Shown: in pieces, positions 60,587-64,000 of the stretch
Numbering within the stretch: the first letter of the stretch is position 1
How the letters are laid out: each line of letters opens with the position of its first letter
Assembly: GCA_949949035.1 (NCBI GenBank)
Contig: CATLHJ010000001.1
Location: 6,116-70,115 of the forward strand
DNA from: an uncultured Clostridia bacterium
GTDB lineage: Bacteria; Bacillota; Clostridia; Christensenellales; UBA1242
Length of the DNA: 64,000 nt
Direction: 5' to 3'
The notes under the pieces: model-generated
Told to the model about the DNA's origin: nothing
Seen by the model: only the letters and a program-made list of their open reading frames with translations
Database searches by the model: none
Program-made: the position numbers and the translations under genes

Positions 60587-61846
60587 CTATTTGGTACGGG
60601 GCGTGTTTTCGGCAGCATTGTCCGCAGTAGCCTGTGGTCGGCGGAATAAAATACAGTACAAAATTAGTGTCAAGATGGTGATTGCAGTGGCGCTGAGAAA
60701 AATCATACGGTAGACCAAGGCATTGTCTTGTTGGTTGATGCCAAAAATTGATAGCAGCGTGATCACGATGCTGGAAAGACCGACAAAGAATTTGCAAACG
60801 GAAACGTACATGGTTTTATTGTCGGTGGAAGCGTATTCGTAAATTCCGTTAGACTCAAAAAGGGCGAAGCCCGCGCGCCCAAAACCAAAAAAGCAGTAGA
60901 TTAACGGCAAAAGATAAATTAAGGTCTGCTTGAAAACCGCTAAACTAAACGTGAGAATAATCAGGGCGATAAAACTGCACAAACCGCAAAGTTTATAATT
61001 ATTGTGTTTAAGTGCAATTTTACTAAATACCCAGCCACCCAAAATGTTGGCTGAATAATTGATTAAAGTTAGCACCGTAATGTAGGTAAAACTTAAACCA
61101 AGGTAACTAAGTAAATACAAACTTAAAAAGCAGGTTCCCAAATTATAGGCAAAATTATAAAGGGTTGTTACCACAATTATTTTGGCAAAAGCTTTGTCTT
61201 TAAGTGGGGTTGTGAGTGTCGCTTTTAAGGAAATTCGCTCTTGTTCTAACACGGGTGGTTTGTCTAATTTAATCCGTAAGATAACGTCCAGACTGGTGAT
61301 AGCAAAAATACAAACAAAAATCAAAAGGTAAACGTAGTAAGAGTGGTAGTAGTCTAAGATGAAACTTAACAAAAATTGGATTAGTGTCGCCATAATCACG
61401 ACCAAAGTGTTCTTTTGCCAATAGAATTTTTTCGCGTCGTCTGAGCGCAAGGTTTGCATACGCCAATTCACAAACGGAGCATAGGTAATTTGTGCACAAA
61501 GGGAATTGATCGTAATTAGGGTTAAAAATAAGGCGGTTTTGGCAACCGGGTTAGGGATTAAGCACAGTAGTATTAAGCAAAAGAAAGTAATGCGGGAAAA
61601 GTAGTAAATGGCAAGAACGGTCTTTTTGGATTGCTTGATACGCGAAAAAAGTGGGGCACTGAAAATTTGCACAATACAAAATAAGACCCTTAACGACAGA
61701 AACAGCGAGATAAGTTTTTCGTTTAAGCCTAAATAAATGGCGTAACCCGTAATTAGTGCCGAACAACTTAATTCATTGGCGATGTTGTCCAGCGATACTG
61801 CTAAATACAATCTCCGGTAATTCTTTCGGTAGGAGTGTTCTGCCAT
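60587..61846 (-). CDS. MFS-type 12-TM transporter, substrate unknown
   Basis: 419 aa from ATG 61846 (MAEHSYRKNYRRLYLAVSLDN...). It has about 12 hydrophobic helices in two halves separated by a central loop. SD GAAAGGA lies 6 nt upstream. The track's longer N-terminus overlaps the RNHCP gene. Confidence 0.65.
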   Translation of the reverse strand: MAEHSYRKNYRRLYLAVSLDNIANELSCSALITGYAIYLGLNEKLISLFLSLRVLFCIVQIFSAPLFSRIKQSKKTVLAIYYFSRITFFCLILLCLIPNPVAKTALFLTLITINSLCAQITYAPFVNWRMQTLRSDDAKKFYWQKNTLVVIMATLIQFLLSFILDYYHSYYVYLLIFVCIFAITSLDVILRIKLDKPPVLEQERISLKATLTTPLKDKAFAKIIVVTTLYNFAYNLGTCFLSLYLLSYLGLSFTYITVLTLINYSANILGGWVFSKIALKHNNYKLCGLCSFIALIILTFSLAVFKQTLIYLLPLIYCFFGFGRAGFALFESNGIYEYASTDNKTMYVSVCKFFVGLSSIVITLLSIFGINQQDNALVYRMIFLSATAITILTLILYCILFRRPQATADNAAENTPRTK

Positions 61847-61864
61847 CAATAATCCTTTCTCTTT

Positions 61865-61893
61865 AGTGTAAATAAATTTTTCAGTTTGGTCAA
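61865..61893 (-). promoter_or_regulatory. putative promoter with a conventional leader (MFS gene)
   Basis: Minus strand: TTGACC (61893..61888), 17 nt, TACACT (61870..61865), then an 18-nt leader containing the SD. Confidence 0.4.
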
Positions 61894-61917
61894 GGTCAGG
61901 TAATTCCGTATTGGTTT

Positions 61918-62253
61918 TTAATGTTTGCGTGGGTACAGGTAGGTCAACGGGTTGGCCGATAATTCCAAGATGGTGTCGTAGTCGTCGTCGGGGGCGGCCT
62001 TGTTGTTGTGGTAAGCACCACAAAGGTCACAATGGTACTTAATGATTAGACCTTTTTTACTGTTTTGCTCAATGCCAATCGGCACCAGTTCGCCGTGGCA
62101 ATCGTTGGCGCGATCGCCCGGATTGATGTCTACGTGCAACGAATACAGGCAACGGGGACAATGGTCCCGCGAAGTAGTTAACAACGGCGGTACCACGCAT
62201 CCACAATGCACACAGACAAAGCCAGCGTCATTTTTGACGAAGGTTTTACTCAT
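61918..62253 (-). CDS. RNHCP-domain zinc-ribbon protein
   Basis: 111 aa from ATG 62253 (MSKTFVKNDAGFVCVHCGCVVPPLLTTSRDHCPRCLYSLHVD ... YHCDLCG). It has the characteristic (R/S)(N/D)HCP motif and paired CxxC motifs. The start overlaps the ftsH stop by 8 nt. Confidence 0.7.
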   Translation of the reverse strand: MSKTFVKNDAGFVCVHCGCVVPPLLTTSRDHCPRCLYSLHVDINPGDRANDCHGELVPIGIEQNSKKGLIIKYHCDLCGAYHNNKAAPDDDYDTILELSANPLTYLYPRKH

Positions 62254-64000
62254 GGTCGTGCGGTTTTCGATTCTTGTCAGTTTCGGGTTGCTTAGTCGCA
62301 TGGGGCGAGTTCCTTTTGTCGGTTGCTTTAGCGTCATTTTTGGTCTTGGTTGCCGGTGTCTTGGTGTTCGTGGTGGTCTTACTCGTGGCGGGCTTTGCCG
62401 TGGTTTTGGAATTCTTTTCGTCTGCGGTACCCGTCGGGGTTGTGGTGCTGATTACCAGTGGGGTATCGGTAACCACGGGTTTGCCGGCGGCCGCTGCCAG
62501 TTGACTGGTATACTTATCCAAGGACACAAAGTCAATTGTGGGAATGGGTGGCATTTTTTGGTTTTTACGTACGAAATCACGCGCTAGGTCACAATGTTGT
62601 TTTAATTGCTTAATGTGTTCTTCGGTCACCAATTTTTGTTCTAAATGTAGTTGGGCAATTTCCAAGGCGCGGGTCAGCAGTGGCTCTAACTGTTCCAACA
62701 AAGCGTTAATCTTTTCGTCGGTGGTGGCTTTGGCTTGCTGTTCGCGACGGGTGGTAATGGCCTGTCCAATTTCTTTAACTGTTTTACCGGCCATGACCAT
62801 GTTGATGTCATCGCCGTAAATGGTTTCGTTATTCAGCAGTAATTCCGCCATCACTTTAACCTTATCGGCGTTGTCGCGCAGTAATTTTTGGCATTGCGTC
62901 ATCGCGTTGGTGATTAAGGCTTTGATTTCGGCATCAATGGTGGATTGCAACGATTCGCTGACCTGCTTGTGGTTGTACACGCGTAAGGCCACTTCGTCTT
63001 CTTTGCCGTAGAACAGGGGGCCTAGTTTCTCGCTCATCCCCCATTTCGTGACCATGTCGGTGGCTAATTCGGTGGCTACCTTAATGTCATTGGACGCTCC
63101 CGTGCAAATGTCGCCAATAAAGATTTGTTCGGCACAGCGACCACCCAGCAACATGACTAAACGATTTTTCAACATCGTTAGGCTTTGGTGGTTGTGTTCG
63201 TCTTGGTTATTGGTTAGGGTATAGCCGGCGGCCATTCCGCGGGGAATAATGGAAACTTCCTGTACCACTTGGTCAGGCATTAAAACTTTAGACACAATCG
63301 CGTGTCCAGATTCGTGGAAAGCGGTAATTTTTTGGTCTTCTTTGGTAATAATGCGCGATTTTTTTTGCGGGCCAATGACAACCTTGTTAATCCCTTCGGT
63401 AATGTCTTGCATAGTAATTTTGTGGCGGTTGGCTTTGGCGGCAATAATCGCACTTTCGTTCAGCAGGTTTTCCAAATCCGCACCAGTAAAACCACTGGTA
63501 ATTTTGGCTACTCGTTGTAAATCGACGTCGCCCATCGGTTTATTCTTGGCGTGGACTTGCAAAATCTTTTCACGGCCTTCAACGTCTGGTACTTGCACCA
63601 CAATTTGGCGGTCAAAACGCCCTGGGCGTAAAATCGCGGGGTCCAAAACGTCGGGGCGGTTGGTCGCCGCCAAGACAATTACGCCTTCCGATTTTGAGAA
63701 ACCGTCCATTTGCACCAACAATTGGTTCAAGGTCTGTTCGTTCTCTTCGGCCACTCCGGAAGCCCCCACGCCGCGCATACGGGCAATCGAGTCTAATTCG
63801 TCCAAGAAAATAATCGCGGGCGCATGGGCTTTCGCTTGCTCAAACAAGTCACGCATGCGCGCGGGGCCAACGCCGACCAGCATCTCGGAGAAGTCACTGC
63901 CTGACAACGAAAAGAAGGGAACTCCGGCTTCACCGGCAATCGCTTTGGCCAACAAGGTTTTACCGGTACCCGGTTGCCCAATCAGCAGTACTCCTTTGGG
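62246..64000 (-). CDS. ftsH: ATP-dependent zinc metalloprotease FtsH (C-terminal part; N-terminus beyond the right edge)
   Basis: Reading continues upstream of the track's Met to the window edge (PKGVLLIGQPGTGKTLLAKAIAGEAGVPFF). Walker B is IIFLDELD, the SRH region is ATNRPDVLDPAILRPGRFDR, and the protease site is HESGHAIV. A roughly 180-aa C-terminal extension follows. Confidence 0.93.
   Translation of the reverse strand, partial: PKGVLLIGQPGTGKTLLAKAIAGEAGVPFFSLSGSDFSEMLVGVGPARMRDLFEQAKAHAPAIIFLDELDSIARMRGVGASGVAEENEQTLNQLLVQMDGFSKSEGVIVLAATNRPDVLDPAILRPGRFDRQIVVQVPDVEGREKILQVHAKNKPMGDVDLQRVAKITSGFTGADLENLLNESAIIAAKANRHKITMQDITEGINKVVIGPQKKSRIITKEDQKITAFHESGHAIVSKVLMPDQVVQEVSIIPRGMAAGYTLTNNQDEHNHQSLTMLKNRLVMLLGGRCAEQIFIGDICTGASNDIKVATELATDMVTKWGMSEKLGPLFYGKEDEVALRVYNHKQVSESLQSTIDAEIKALITNAMTQCQKLLRDNADKVKVMAELLLNNETIYGDDINMVMAGKTVKEIGQAITTRREQQAKATTDEKINALLEQLEPLLTRALEIAQLHLEQKLVTEEHIKQLKQHCDLARDFVRKNQKMPPIPTIDFVSLDKYTSQLAAAAGKPVVTDTPLVISTTTPTGTADEKNSKTTAKPATSKTTTNTKTPATKTKNDAKATDKRNSPHATKQPETDKNRKPHDHE

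Noticed and set aside
1-64000. Mobile elements, prophage, defence islands, tRNA/rRNA genes and CRISPR arrays
   Set aside because: I saw no integrase, transposase, recombinase, Cas, restriction-modification or toxin-antitoxin-like ORFs, and no flanking inverted or direct repeats. No non-coding gap exceeds about 110 bp, so there is no room for RNA genes. The window reads as core chromosome.

Overview
This 64-kb window is a very gene-dense chromosomal segment. I call about 55 CDS, and my hand tally leaves only about 1.2 kb (about 2%) intergenic. GC is mid-range, roughly 45-50% in spot counts. The gene content matches an endospore-forming Firmicute (Clostridia-like). It includes the start of a V-type ATPase operon (G/H-like, I, K, E), a Ca-type P-type ATPase, rluB and two tandem SurE-like genes. 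These are followed by cmk, an Asp23-nusB-xseA-xseB-recN operon, corA, a 1362-aa surface protein with a small membrane-tethered partner, uvrB and an NfeD-SPFH pair. Further on come a stand-alone RND pump, an ABC-F protein, a CwlD-like amidase, an ABC exporter pair, secA, spoIIE, recR, a short comEC, holA, a U32 peptidase and addB-addA. The right-hand third holds a compact GerA/B/C-type germinant receptor operon, class I lysyl-tRNA synthetase, mnmE-mnmG, class II fba, a GT2 glycosyltransferase, gap, an MFS transporter, an RNHCP protein and ftsH (partial). I saw no rRNA, tRNA, CRISPR array, transposase, integrase, prophage or recognisable defence genes, and no multi-gene novel system. The most unusual signal is regulatory architecture. 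Nearly every transcription-unit-leading gene has a sigma-70-type -10 box ending 5-8 nt from the start codon with no Shine-Dalgarno, which implies leaderless mRNAs. This includes two divergent gene pairs whose start codons are only 21-22 bp apart and share one symmetric -10 core. Other items worth a second look are a 91-aa protein with 19 Cys built from seven 12-bp (K/R/H)CE(P/R) repeats, an ABC exporter pair with no canonical ATP site, an ABC-F with one coherently degenerate site, tandem SurE paralogs lacking the DD metal motif, several orphan proteins, and widespread shortening of conserved proteins. All calls come from reading the sequence and ORF track; no database search was run.
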